The notes beneath the pieces are model-generated. The model ran no database searches. It was not told the origin of the DNA and was given only the letters and a program-made list of their open reading frames with translations. Of a stretch of 64,000 bases of DNA, positions 1 to 8,508 are shown in pieces (the first letter of the stretch is position 1; every line of letters starts with the position of its first letter). The stretch lies in assembly GCA_002408285.1 (NCBI GenBank), contig DHRG01000049.1, positions 5,647 to 69,646 of the forward strand, read 5' to 3'. This stretch comes from Peptococcaceae bacterium UBA5318. GTDB taxonomy: Bacteria; Bacillota; Peptococcia; DRI-13; UBA5318. The translations under genes were made by a program, and so were the position numbers.

Positions 1-102
1 CAGCCCGCGGCCGCAATGATGATGGACATTTCCGGCATTCATTGGAACAACTTATATTATTTTCTTAAAGGGATGTATATAGCGGCCTATTCACTCTGAC
101 GG

Positions 103-624
103 TTACAGAAACAAAATGCCGCCAAGCCCGCATCCCAATATAATGAAAACGGGATTTAAACGGGTCGTCATCGTCAGGAGCAGGGCAATGAGAAAAAAGA
201 TCAGACCGGCGTAACCAATGATGGTGTCCTTTCCCACCAGGCAGGCGGCCCCCGCGATGAGTGACACCACAACAGGACGCAAGCCGCGGAAGGCCCCCTG
301 AAAAAGGGGGTTGTTTTTATTTTTGATACAGACCCCGGCCAGCGTGGAGATAAGGATCAAAGAGGGCAGGACGACGCCGATGGTGGAAACAACAGAACCT
401 GGAATCCCCGCCATTTTATACCCGACGTAGGTAGCCGTATTAATCGCGACCGGCCCCGGTGTTATTTCCGCGATCGCTATAATATCGGCGAATTGCGCCG
501 AGGTCAGCCAGGCATGGGTATAAACCACCTCCTGCTGGATGAGGGGGAGCATACCGTATCCGCCGCCGAAGCTAAAGGCGCCCAGAAAAGCAAACGTTCC
601 AAAAAGCTCTGGTAATAACATCAT
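103..624 (-). CDS. Chromate transporter family protein (short ChrA, downstream member of a pair)
   Basis: 173-aa polytopic membrane ORF with FGGGYGMLPLIQQEVV, a typical CHR-family motif. It overlaps the upstream partner by 4 nt. Confidence 0.8.
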   Translation of the reverse strand: MMLLPELFGTFAFLGAFSFGGGYGMLPLIQQEVVYTHAWLTSAQFADIIAIAEITPGPVAINTATYVGYKMAGIPGSVVSTIGVVLPSLILISTLAGVCIKNKNNPLFQGAFRGLRPVVVSLIAGAACLVGKDTIIGYAGLIFFLIALLLTMTTRLNPVFIILGCGLGGILFL

Positions 625-1220
625 CTTTCCTCCCCCGGTTGGCCGGGGAGTTTTTTGCTGTATAGAATGCCGGCGAGAGCGCCAAGAATAATCAATATAA
701 TGGGATGCACCCTAAAAAGCAGGAGTAAAATAAGGGCTGCAAGGGCCGCCAGGATATCAAAACGCTGGTGGAGCGCTTGCCTGCCCATGTTGAATGCGGC
801 GCCTAAGATGAGTGCGGCGACAGCCGGCCGGACGCCGTTAAAGAATTTTTGCAGGATTGCCTGTTGGCCCTGGGAAGCAATCAACATGGCAAAAAGCAGG
901 ATGATTATAAAGGAGGGGAGAACTGTGCCAAACAAAGCGGCGAGGGCTCCTTTTAACCCCTTGAGCCGATAACCCGCGAAGACGGCGGAATTAACCGCTA
1001 CAGGTCCTGGAGCAGCTTGAGTCACAGCCAGCATGTCAACAAAATCCTCAGGACTCATCCATTGATGGTTGTCAACAATCTCTCTTTGAATAATCGGGAT
1101 CATGGCAAATCCGCCGCCGAAGGTGGAGCTTCCGATTTTCAAAAAGGATGCAAACAAAGAGAAAAACGTTACGGGCTTTTGGAAACGGCAGGTCACGGGT
1201 CTTTCCCCCCTTTGACGCAT
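621..1220 (-). CDS. Chromate transporter family protein (short ChrA, upstream member of a pair)
   Basis: 199-aa membrane ORF with FGGGFAMIPIIQREIV. It is a paralog of the adjacent ORF, and paired half-size ChrA genes are a known arrangement. Confidence 0.8.
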   Translation of the reverse strand: MRQRGERPVTCRFQKPVTFFSLFASFLKIGSSTFGGGFAMIPIIQREIVDNHQWMSPEDFVDMLAVTQAAPGPVAVNSAVFAGYRLKGLKGALAALFGTVLPSFIIILLFAMLIASQGQQAILQKFFNGVRPAVAALILGAAFNMGRQALHQRFDILAALAALILLLLFRVHPIILIILGALAGILYSKKLPGQPGEER

Positions 1221-1347
1221 GATATATCTATATTATCATAACATAATGGAGCCTTAGGCTACTAATTTTAAGTTAATCATGCACAGGCGGAAGAAATATA
1301 ACATAAAAATAGTGGGGAAGAATAACGCAAAGGATGTGGGTGTGACA

Positions 1348-1626
1348 ATGGGCATGAACCAATTCATTCAAAGTTTGGCCGCCTTGCCGCAGATTGTGGA
1401 TTCGGTGAAAAATATGAATGAACAGGAAAAAGAGCAATTTGTCGGGCTGCTCGGGTTAGAAAATGAAGAGCGGGAAACGGCCATCAATCTGATAAGTTGC
1501 TTTCAGGAAGGAAGGTCCTTGGACCTTCAGGAGCAGCAGGCGGCTCAGGGATTATTTGAAAAAGCTCTGCAAATGAACGACTTGAGCGTGGCGGATTTGT
1601 TTAAAGTAACTATGAACGGCGGCTAA
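1348..1626 (+). CDS. Hypothetical small acidic protein
   Basis: ORF-track ORF 1279-1626. The internal ATG at 1348 is preceded by an AAGGA/GGGTG SD-like stretch, and a hairpin terminator follows the stop. No recognisable motif. Confidence 0.5.
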   Translation: MGMNQFIQSLAALPQIVDSVKNMNEQEKEQFVGLLGLENEERETAINLISCFQEGRSLDLQEQQAAQGLFEKALQMNDLSVADLFKVTMNGG

Positions 1627-1647
1627 AGGAGGCGGAGGCCTCCTTTT
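1625..1647 (+). terminator. Rho-independent terminator after the 1348-1626 ORF
   Basis: AAAGGAGGC-GGAG-GCCTCCTTT gives a 9-bp stem with a 4-nt loop, followed by a T run. Confidence 0.7.
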
Positions 1648-1700
1648 ACTATTGATCCGAACACTTTTTTGCGTGCAGAAACATATGATGAATAAAGTGT

Positions 1701-2318
1701 GTGAAAGAGGTGACAAGTGTGGCCAGTCTGCGTTTTACCTATAATGGGGACCGGCGTATGGAAAGAGGAAGAGTCCCTCTGTCCCCTTTTCTGCCAAGAT
1801 GCATACTCCCCCTGGAATATTCCCGTTTGAATCCGATAACATATGCCGCGAAACCTACAAAAGAAAACCAGGAATTAAAAACAGAAAACCAGGAACTAAA
1901 AACAGAAAATCAGGAATTAACCGGCGGTGCAGAACCTATAGCCACTCTGCCTGTGGCATATCCCGATCAAAATGATAGCGCTGAACAAGAAAAAGAAAAT
2001 ACGGCGCCTGTCAATGTCAGCGAACTTTTGGTAAATCGTTTGGATATATTGGAGGCTGGTCTGAATAAAACTTCCAGTCAGGTAGATCAGGCCAAGATTA
2101 TCTTAGATGATGTGATTTTTAAACTGGACAGCTTTTTACAGATTTTGCAAATCCTCTACGCCAATGAGGAAAAACGGCTGCAGGGACCGCAACTGCAGGC
2201 CGCTCCATCTCAAAAAACCACTAAGGATACCATTGATGAATTGCTTGAGCTATTGCAAACGCCTGCCATACAGGGAGTACTCCGTCAGTTTCTGATAAGT
2301 ATGATAGTTAAAAAATAA
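1701..2318 (+). CDS. Hypothetical coiled-coil protein with ENQELKT heptad repeats and a C-terminal IDxLLELLxxPAxQ motif
   Basis: 205-aa ORF whose start is uncertain (GTG at 1701 or around 1717). It has a 21-nt in-frame tandem repeat. Its C-terminal ~100 aa are paralogous to ORF 3216-3521. Confidence 0.6.
   Translation: MKEVTSVASLRFTYNGDRRMERGRVPLSPFLPRCILPLEYSRLNPITYAAKPTKENQELKTENQELKTENQELTGGAEPIATLPVAYPDQNDSAEQEKENTAPVNVSELLVNRLDILEAGLNKTSSQVDQAKIILDDVIFKLDSFLQILQILYANEEKRLQGPQLQAAPSQKTTKDTIDELLELLQTPAIQGVLRQFLISMIVKK
1863..1920 (+). repeat. 21-bp in-frame tandem repeat, about 2.8 copies, encoding ENQELKT
   Basis: GAAAACCAGGAATTAAAAACA / GAAAACCAGGAACTAAAAACA / GAAAATCAGGAATTAA, read directly from the sequence. 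Confidence 0.9.
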
Positions 2319-2332
2319 TTACGGGGTGGGAG

Positions 2333-2764
2333 ATGATGAATTATACCTCACCGTTTATGCCGGAGTTTTGGGAAAGTTACCGCCGCATGATGAACAATAC
2401 TTTGGAGCAGGCGCAGAATATGATGAAAAACATGGAAGCGCAAACAGGGATGCTTTCCCCGCATATGAAGGGGAAAGTAGAAGGAAACCAATGGATGAAT
2501 AACCAAGATCCTGATATACGGGTAGATAGTCATCACGTAACCGTCACTTTTCAGGTGGATAAGATCATTGATAAGAACAACACACAAATTCATTTAGAGG
2601 GATGTTATCTGATTTTAGATGGTTCCATTAAAGCCCGTATCGCATTGCCCGCAGCGGTTCAAAAATATGGAGGACGCGCTGTTTCCAAGCCCGGCGTATT
2701 AGAAGTAACGCTGCCCTTGGATAAGTATCATACCAAGCAAATCATCCCTATTGAAAATGTTTGA
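2333..2764 (+). CDS. Hsp20/alpha-crystallin-domain-like protein (CotM/CotP-like candidate)
   Basis: 143 aa. The C-terminal half has the ACD pattern (DIRVDSHHVTVTFQV...IHLEGCYLILDG...IALPAAV...GVLEVTLP). The SD GGTGGGAG sits upstream, and the gene is tightly linked to the preceding ORF. Confidence 0.6.
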   Translation: MMNYTSPFMPEFWESYRRMMNNTLEQAQNMMKNMEAQTGMLSPHMKGKVEGNQWMNNQDPDIRVDSHHVTVTFQVDKIIDKNNTQIHLEGCYLILDGSIKARIALPAAVQKYGGRAVSKPGVLEVTLPLDKYHTKQIIPIENV

Positions 2765-2828
2765 TAATTCGTAGGAACTCTTCTTTTTGTTCATACATAG
2801 GATACATAAACGGAGGAGGTAAGGATAG

Positions 2829-2939
2829 ATGAAAATATCATATGCTAAAGGCTTTGGCATTGTCTTTTTGGTTATTTTTATTCTTCTCTTTTTCCCTGGA
2901 ATAGGTGTTTCCAGTTCCAGTGTGAAAGGTAAGAGTTAA
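2829..2939 (+). CDS. Tiny hydrophobic peptide, YjcZ-like (36 aa), absent from the ORF track
   Basis: ATG is preceded by GGAGGAGG. Translation is MKISYAKGFGIVFLVIFILLFFPGIGVSSSSVKGKS. The G-x-G plus Ile/Leu/Phe core resembles the tiny-TM sporulation peptide family. Confidence 0.45.
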   Translation: MKISYAKGFGIVFLVIFILLFFPGIGVSSSSVKGKS

Positions 2940-2973
2940 GATCCACAAACAACTTATTTAAGGAGGGAGTCTT

Positions 2974-3096
2974 ATGGTAGAGGAAAGCTTAGGCACACCG
3001 TTTTGGGGTTCGGGGATAATATGTATTATCTTTTTAATCATCATTCTTGCTCTGATTTGCCCCTTTTTTTTCCGCGTCTGTGATCCGGTTTTTTAA
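2974..3096 (+). CDS. Tiny hydrophobic peptide, YjcZ-like (40 aa), absent from the ORF track
   Basis: ATG is preceded by AAGGAGGGAG. Translation is MVEESLGTPFWGSGIICIIFLIIILALICPFFFRVCDPVF. Confidence 0.45.
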   Translation: MVEESLGTPFWGSGIICIIFLIIILALICPFFFRVCDPVF

Positions 3097-3215
3097 GGCT
3101 GATTGGGGGCATATCTGGCCCAGTTTCGCCACTGGCGCCAACATTCATGTTGGCGCCTCGCTATTACTATCCTCACATCGCTAGGTCAGAGAGATGTATA
3201 AATAGAGGTGAAAAT

Positions 3216-3521
3216 ATGGCTAATATGACAGGTACATTGGACCAAATCACGATGATGACCGACCAAATCAATCAGGTCAAGGGAAAATGCGAAAATTACC
3301 GGCAATTAATGGACGAAGGGACCTATAAGCTCAATGCTGTTTTAAACATCGTCGATAGTTTAAAGGTTCGGGAGCAGAATATCATGACGACCGGCATGGA
3401 TCCCTCCGTAATTCAACAAATGAACGAGGAGCAAATTGACAGTTTATTGGAATTACTGAAATCACCCGCTTTTCAAAGCCTCGCCCGCCAGATCCTGATA
3501 AAATGGGCAGCTAAATCCTAG
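3216..3521 (+). CDS. Hypothetical coiled-coil protein, paralog of the C-terminus of ORF 1701-2318
   Basis: ATG at 3216 follows the SD GAGGTG (the track ORF starts at 3147). Its C-terminus QIDSLLELLKSPAFQSLARQILI matches TIDELLELLQTPAIQGVLRQFLI in the paralog. Confidence 0.6.
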   Translation: MANMTGTLDQITMMTDQINQVKGKCENYRQLMDEGTYKLNAVLNIVDSLKVREQNIMTTGMDPSVIQQMNEEQIDSLLELLKSPAFQSLARQILIKWAAKS

Positions 3522-3532
3522 TATGATACGTT

Positions 3533-3577
3533 AAAAGCCCAGCACGTGTTGAGTTACACAAGTGCTGGGCTTAAAAT
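3533..3577. terminator. Bidirectional hairpin terminator between convergent genes
   Basis: AGCCCAGCAC...GTGCTGGGCT forms a 10-bp perfect stem flanked by A and T runs. Confidence 0.7.
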
Positions 3578-3606
3578 TTGCCGTATGTATTACAAGGTCG
3601 GAAAAT

Positions 3607-3885
3607 CTATTTTTGGAAACAATCGCGGCAATAAACAGGTCTTACACCGGTCGGCTTAAAAGGGACCTGGGTTTCTACGCCGCAATTGGAGCAATTAACA
3701 GTATAAAACTGGCGTTCCCGGCCATCATTTTTACGATCATTGATCTGTTGTTTACGGGCTCTCCTGCAGGTTAAGCAACGTGCCGGCTCATTCTGGAACC
3801 CCTTTTCAGCATAAAACTCCTGTTCCTGTGCTGAAAAAATGAACTCATTTCCACAATCTTTACATACTAGGGTCTTGTCCTCCAT
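3607..3885 (-). CDS. Zinc-ribbon domain protein (two CxxC...CxxC units)
   Basis: 92 aa with CKDCG...CLTCR and CSNCG...CRDC. Confidence 0.7.
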   Translation of the reverse strand: MEDKTLVCKDCGNEFIFSAQEQEFYAEKGFQNEPARCLTCRRARKQQINDRKNDGRERQFYTVNCSNCGVETQVPFKPTGVRPVYCRDCFQK

Positions 3886-4109
3886 ATTCTCTACCTCCTG
3901 AGCGGATATTCCGGCCTACTTGTCGGATCCAGTATTATCTAACCCAGGATCAGAGAATAGTTTTACATAGCTATTCCCAACTTCAAGCAGGTGCTGGTAT
4001 TTTCAGTATACAATGAGATACAATATTTTGCAAATTTTTTCTTTATATTCTTGTTATATTTTCATATGCCAGTCTAATAAATCAATGAATAATAAGACAA
4101 ACTACGTAT

Positions 4110-4514
4110 ATGATAAAGCGATTTTTCTTATATGGGTCATTAGGGTGGACAATGGAGGTCTTTTGGACGGGACTGGGTTCCTTGCTGCAGGGAAATTGGC
4201 AATTACCGGCCTATACCTATTTGTGGATGTTCCCGATTTATGGCTTGGGTGCTTTTTTTGAAACAATTCATGACAAGATCCGCGGCTTACCCTGGTATCT
4301 AAGGGGTATATTGTGGATGCTGCTGATCTTTGCGCTTGAATATAATACCGGATGGCTCTTAGCTTCCTTTTTAGGACGCTGTCCTTGGGATTATGGAAGT
4401 AATACGCCCTATAGCATCCACGGATGGATCCGGCTGGATTATGCTCCGGTCTGGTTTGTTGTGGGTTTGATTTATGAACAGATTCATGATATTCTGGACC
4501 GAATCAGGATTTAA
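4110..4514 (+). CDS. Small polytopic membrane protein (putative ABC-transporter type IV / DUF1113-like)
   Basis: 134 aa and Trp-rich TM segments (GSLGWTMEVFWTG...CPWDY). The family assignment is from memory. Confidence 0.55.
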   Translation: MIKRFFLYGSLGWTMEVFWTGLGSLLQGNWQLPAYTYLWMFPIYGLGAFFETIHDKIRGLPWYLRGILWMLLIFALEYNTGWLLASFLGRCPWDYGSNTPYSIHGWIRLDYAPVWFVVGLIYEQIHDILDRIRI

Positions 4515-4583
4515 GGTCTTGCGGAGAGAGAAAAAAGAATATATCATCTGACTGTAATCAGTTTATTAAAAGGTGGTTTATTC

Positions 4584-5228
4584 ATGCGTATGCGGAGAAA
4601 AACCGGTATCCTTGAGAAATTGGCAGCTTCACCGGAATATATTATCTTTAGGCCATCCCTGGATATTAAGGGTTATTGGAAGAAGGCCTTTGGTAACGAA
4701 AACCCTCTTTATGTGGAAATTGGGAGCGGGAAGGGCAGGTTTATTACCTCTATGGCCTTAAAGTATCCGCATATTAATTTTATAGGACTTGAGAGAGAAC
4801 CGGAAATAGTTGCCCATGCTTTGGCGATACTCAAAAAAAGACCTGTGAATAATATTCGGTTGATTCTGGCAGATGGTGAAAACCTGGCGGCGTATTTGGC
4901 TCCTGGGGAAATTGAACGGTTATTTTTGAATTTTAGCGATCCCTGGCCGAAAAAGCGTCATACTAAAAGGCGGCTCACACATCCGGTATTTTTAAACCTC
5001 TATAAAACTCTTTTCAAAGGCCCCGGGGAAATTCATTTAAAAACGGACAACCTGGACTTTTTCGAATATTCCTTACTGGCGTTTGCGGAAAACGGCTTTT
5101 CTCTGCGAAGAATCACCTATGATCTTCATCAAAGTCCCTGGACGGAAAATGTGATGACGGAGTACGAGGAGAAGTTTTCTTTGCTGGGACGGCCTATCTG
5201 CCGTTGTGAGGCCGTCTGCCCATCATGA
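4584..5228 (+). CDS. trmB: tRNA (guanine46-N7)-methyltransferase
   Basis: 214 aa with the VEIGSGKGRF SAM motif and NFSDPWPKKRHTKRRL. Confidence 0.9.
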   Translation: MRMRRKTGILEKLAASPEYIIFRPSLDIKGYWKKAFGNENPLYVEIGSGKGRFITSMALKYPHINFIGLEREPEIVAHALAILKKRPVNNIRLILADGENLAAYLAPGEIERLFLNFSDPWPKKRHTKRRLTHPVFLNLYKTLFKGPGEIHLKTDNLDFFEYSLLAFAENGFSLRRITYDLHQSPWTENVMTEYEEKFSLLGRPICRCEAVCPS

Positions 5229-6601
5229 TTGTTAGTGTGGTGAATAAATTGATGCGGTTACCGGAAGAATTCAACATTCAGATGCGGGGTTTGTTAACGG
5301 AGGAATGGGAGGAATTTCTGGCTGTCTGGCATGTTCCGCCTCACCTGGGACTTCGTGTGAACACCCTGAAGATACCGGTGGATCAATTCCTCAAGCGCAC
5401 TTCTTTTCATCTGGAACCCATCGCCTGGACTACGGACGGTTTTTACTGCAGTTCTGAGGAAAGACTTGGTAAACATCCCTATCATCAAGCCGGGCTTTAC
5501 TATTTACAAGAGCCGAGCGCTATGGCCCCGGTGGCCTGCCTTGATGTGCAGCCGGGGGATAAAGTCCTGGATTTGTGCGGGGCTCCCGGGGGGAAAACGA
5601 CCCAAATCGCGGCCAGCTTGCAAGGAAAGGGTCTTTTGGTTACCAATGATATCAAAGCGGAACGCGTCAAATCCCTGGTGTGGAATGTTGAGCGCTGGGG
5701 GGCGGGGAATGTGGTCGTAGCCAACGAGGACCCCCATAAATTAGCGGTCAGTTTTCCGGGCTTTTTTGACAAGGTCTTGATTGATGCGCCTTGTTCAGGG
5801 GAAGGTATGTTTCGCAAGGATGAGCGGGCCATCCGCAGTTGGTCGGTCTATAATAATGAGTCTTGCGCAGCTTTACAAAAGCAAATATTGGAACAGGGCG
5901 CCCTCATGTTAGCTGAACAGGGGCGGCTTCTCTATTCCACCTGCACTTTTTCTTCCCAGGAAAATGAGGCTGTGATCGCTGATTTTTTAAGCAAACATCC
6001 TGAATTTACGCTGGCGCCCCTCCCGCTGGAGTACGGTTGGAGGCCTGGATTAGCCGGGTGGCCTGAAACGGCCAATGTCAGGAGGTTATGGCCCCATAAA
6101 GTAAGGGGCGAGGGACATTTCTTAGCGCTTTTAGAAAAGAAAAGTACCGGTGAAATTCGAGCGAAGACCGGCCCGTTTATGACCGCGCCCAAAGGGCTTG
6201 ACTCTTTTTGGAGCTTTATGGAAGAGAATTTACTGGCTATACCTGCGGGATCCTTAGTTTTGCAGGAGCCTTTTCTTTATTGCGTTCCCCCGGGGCTTCC
6301 GGATCTCCAAAACCTGAAGATTGTCCGGCCCGGGCTGTTTATGGGCATATTAAAAAAGGGGCGTTTTGAACCATCTCAGGCCTTAGCCATGGGACTAACC
6401 CCCGGAAGCGTACAAAGAAAGCTGCAGTTAGCAGTGGATGATAAAGGGATAGAACGATACCTGAAAGGCGAAACCCTGATGTACAGCGGTAGTACAGGCT
6501 GGACCCTGGTTTGCCTGGAGGAATTTCCGCTTGGCTGGGCTAAGCAGACAGGGGACTATCTGAAGAATTATTATCCGCCCGGATGGCGGTTAATGGGTTA
6601 G
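5225..6601 (+). CDS. rsmF: rRNA cytosine-C5 methyltransferase, RsmB/RsmF (NOL1/NOP2/Sun) family
   Basis: 458 aa with DLCGAPGGKT, DAPCSGEGMFRKD and a TC catalytic Cys (YSTCTF). It overlaps trmB by 4 nt. Confidence 0.85.
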   Translation: MIVSVVNKLMRLPEEFNIQMRGLLTEEWEEFLAVWHVPPHLGLRVNTLKIPVDQFLKRTSFHLEPIAWTTDGFYCSSEERLGKHPYHQAGLYYLQEPSAMAPVACLDVQPGDKVLDLCGAPGGKTTQIAASLQGKGLLVTNDIKAERVKSLVWNVERWGAGNVVVANEDPHKLAVSFPGFFDKVLIDAPCSGEGMFRKDERAIRSWSVYNNESCAALQKQILEQGALMLAEQGRLLYSTCTFSSQENEAVIADFLSKHPEFTLAPLPLEYGWRPGLAGWPETANVRRLWPHKVRGEGHFLALLEKKSTGEIRAKTGPFMTAPKGLDSFWSFMEENLLAIPAGSLVLQEPFLYCVPPGLPDLQNLKIVRPGLFMGILKKGRFEPSQALAMGLTPGSVQRKLQLAVDDKGIERYLKGETLMYSGSTGWTLVCLEEFPLGWAKQTGDYLKNYYPPGWRLMG

Positions 6602-6630
6602 CGCTGTCAGACAGTATTAAGGAGGACGCG

Positions 6631-7347
6631 ATGAAAGGGCTACTGCGTTTGGATAGGATTCTCGCCAATATGAGCTATGGAACAAGAAATGAGATCAAAA
6701 AACTCATAAAAAAAGGGCTGGTCAAGGTCAACGGGGCGGTGGAGAAGGATCCGGCCCGTAAAGTCCATCCCCGGGAGAGTCGGATCGAAATAAATGGAGA
6801 GCTTGTGGATTATCATGAATTCACCTATGTGATGTTGAATAAACCGGCGGGTTATATTTCCGCTACAGAGGATGTCCGGGAGCAAACGGTGCTAGAGTTG
6901 CTGTCAGCGGAATACCAGGCTCTGGAGCTTTTCCCGGTAGGAAGATTAGATAAGGATACTGAAGGGCTGCTGATCCTTACTAATGATGGCAAGCTGGGGC
7001 ACCATGTAACTTCACCCAAAAATAAAGTACCGAAAACATACTATGCCTTGGTTCAAGGTAAGGTTGGGGAGGCTGACGGGACAGCGTTTTCTCAGGGTAT
7101 CGTTTTAGAGGACGGGTACAAAACCTTGCCGGCTGAGTTAACCATTTTAAAACCCGCCGACCGGTCGGAAATTGAACTGGTTGTTTATGAAGGAAAGTTT
7201 CATCAGGTCAAACGGATGTTTCAGGCCAGGGGTAAAGAAGTACTCTATCTCAAACGTATTAAAATAGGCCGGTTAGGCTTAGATGAACGGCTGGCTCCGG
7301 GCCAATACCGGGAATTGACCGGGGAGGAACTGGCTTTAATACTATGA
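6631..7347 (+). CDS. rsuA: Pseudouridine synthase, RsuA/RluB family with S4 domain
   Basis: ATG at 6631 follows GGAGG. Motifs are an N-terminal S4 domain (RLDRILANM) and the catalytic GRLDKDTEGLLILTNDG. Confidence 0.85.
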   Translation: MKGLLRLDRILANMSYGTRNEIKKLIKKGLVKVNGAVEKDPARKVHPRESRIEINGELVDYHEFTYVMLNKPAGYISATEDVREQTVLELLSAEYQALELFPVGRLDKDTEGLLILTNDGKLGHHVTSPKNKVPKTYYALVQGKVGEADGTAFSQGIVLEDGYKTLPAELTILKPADRSEIELVVYEGKFHQVKRMFQARGKEVLYLKRIKIGRLGLDERLAPGQYRELTGEELALIL

Positions 7348-7350
7348 TCG

Positions 7351-8142
7351 CTATTTTTCCAAGGATTCGCGCAGGCTCTTAAAGGCGTTATCAATCTCCT
7401 GTGAGGCTGCAACCTGGTCGTGTGATAATTGATTCAACTGATTAGTTTGTTGGGCGATAGTTTCGATTTCTTTCCTAAGTTTAACAAGAATATTGTTAAT
7501 GGAGTTGGCAAAATCCTGGCTGTCTTCGGCCAGTTTGGAAACCTCTTTGGCTACAACCGCAAAACCCCGGCCGGCTTCGCCGACGCGGGCTGATTCAATG
7601 GCGGCGTTAAGACTCAGGATTTTTGTTTGGTTCGATATTTTATGAACATACTTGGTGATTTCATCTGTTTGTTCAATATAGGTTTCAGAGGTTTCTTTAG
7701 CTTGATTGAGTACATTGCTTACGTCGTTGATACTCTTAATACTGTGGATCAGCGAATTAAGCTGATTTACAACCTCTTTATCCGTATTCATGACGAGGGT
7801 AAACTGCTCTTCAATTTTGTTCAGTGTAAGCTGCTGTTTTTCAACCATCATCATCAGAAGCCTTGCCGCATTGGCTTCAATTATAGTGGAATCTTTTCCG
7901 TATAATTCCGCCAATTTATCAGCCACTTCTTTATGGCCGGTTACTTCAATGATGATATTAACGCCCGGCGGAAGTTCCTCGATCTGCTGCATGCAGGTGA
8001 TCCCCATTTCTTTGGCCAGGATTATTCCGGGACTTTCCATATGGCGGTCCACGACTGCTGAAATTGTGATTCCTTCCACTTTTCTCAAATAATTCAGGAG
8101 GCTGTACCCTCCTTTTCCTGCCCCGACGATCGCAATATTCAT
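7351..8142 (-). CDS. Soluble fusion of a Rossmann-like N-domain to a minimal methyl-accepting chemotaxis signalling domain
   Basis: 263 aa. The N-terminus [12 protein letters not shown] carries a GxGxxG fingerprint. The C-terminus has the MCP hairpin-tip core [33 protein letters not shown]. No TM or HAMP is seen. Confidence 0.75.
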   Translation of the reverse strand: MNIAIVGAGKGGYSLLNYLRKVEGITISAVVDRHMESPGIILAKEMGITCMQQIEELPPGVNIIIEVTGHKEVADKLAELYGKDSTIIEANAARLLMMMVEKQQLTLNKIEEQFTLVMNTDKEVVNQLNSLIHSIKSINDVSNVLNQAKETSETYIEQTDEITKYVHKISNQTKILSLNAAIESARVGEAGRGFAVVAKEVSKLAEDSQDFANSINNILVKLRKEIETIAQQTNQLNQLSHDQVAASQEIDNAFKSLRESLEK

Positions 8143-8440
8143 AGTTGACCCTCCTGTGTTAGATTTATTTTTTGAATCAGCACATATAGATACTCATTCG
8201 ACCTAAAGATTACTTTTTCCTTGTGCATTTATGGACAATCGGCAATATTATTTTTTACGAAAGCTGGGAACCCAAAATATGGGATGCCAATCACTTGAAA
8301 GAGGGAGCTAAGAGGTATATAATAATATAGTCCACTGGATGTGGCTATGTAATCGCGGATGACGGCTATATTTGTAAAGACTGTTACCAGTCCCTAAAAA
8401 GAACACGCTATTGAAAATTATCCGGTAAATACCCTGCCAA

Positions 8441-8464
8441 CAAACAACCCTGCCTGCGGCAGGG
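8441..8464 (-). terminator. Hairpin terminator downstream of ORF 8509-9576
   Basis: CCCTGCC-TGC-GGCAGGG stem. On the minus strand it is followed by TTGTTTGTT. Confidence 0.5.
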
Positions 8465-8508
8465 ATTGTTATTTCCGCCCATAGGTTTGGCGAAAGACCA
8501 AGCTTTCT

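Noticed and set aside
1-42. Possible start of a leftward gene (minus strand, MNAGNVHHHCGRGL...) at the window edge.
   Set aside because: Only 14 codons are visible. That is too little to tell a real gene from chance.
3134-3157. Perfect 11-bp inverted repeat GGCGCCAACAT-TC-ATGTTGGCGCC upstream of ORF 3216-3521.
   Set aside because: It could be a terminator for the tiny-peptide genes or a protein-binding site. It has no T tract and no second copy in the window, so I could not assign a function. I mention it only for completeness.
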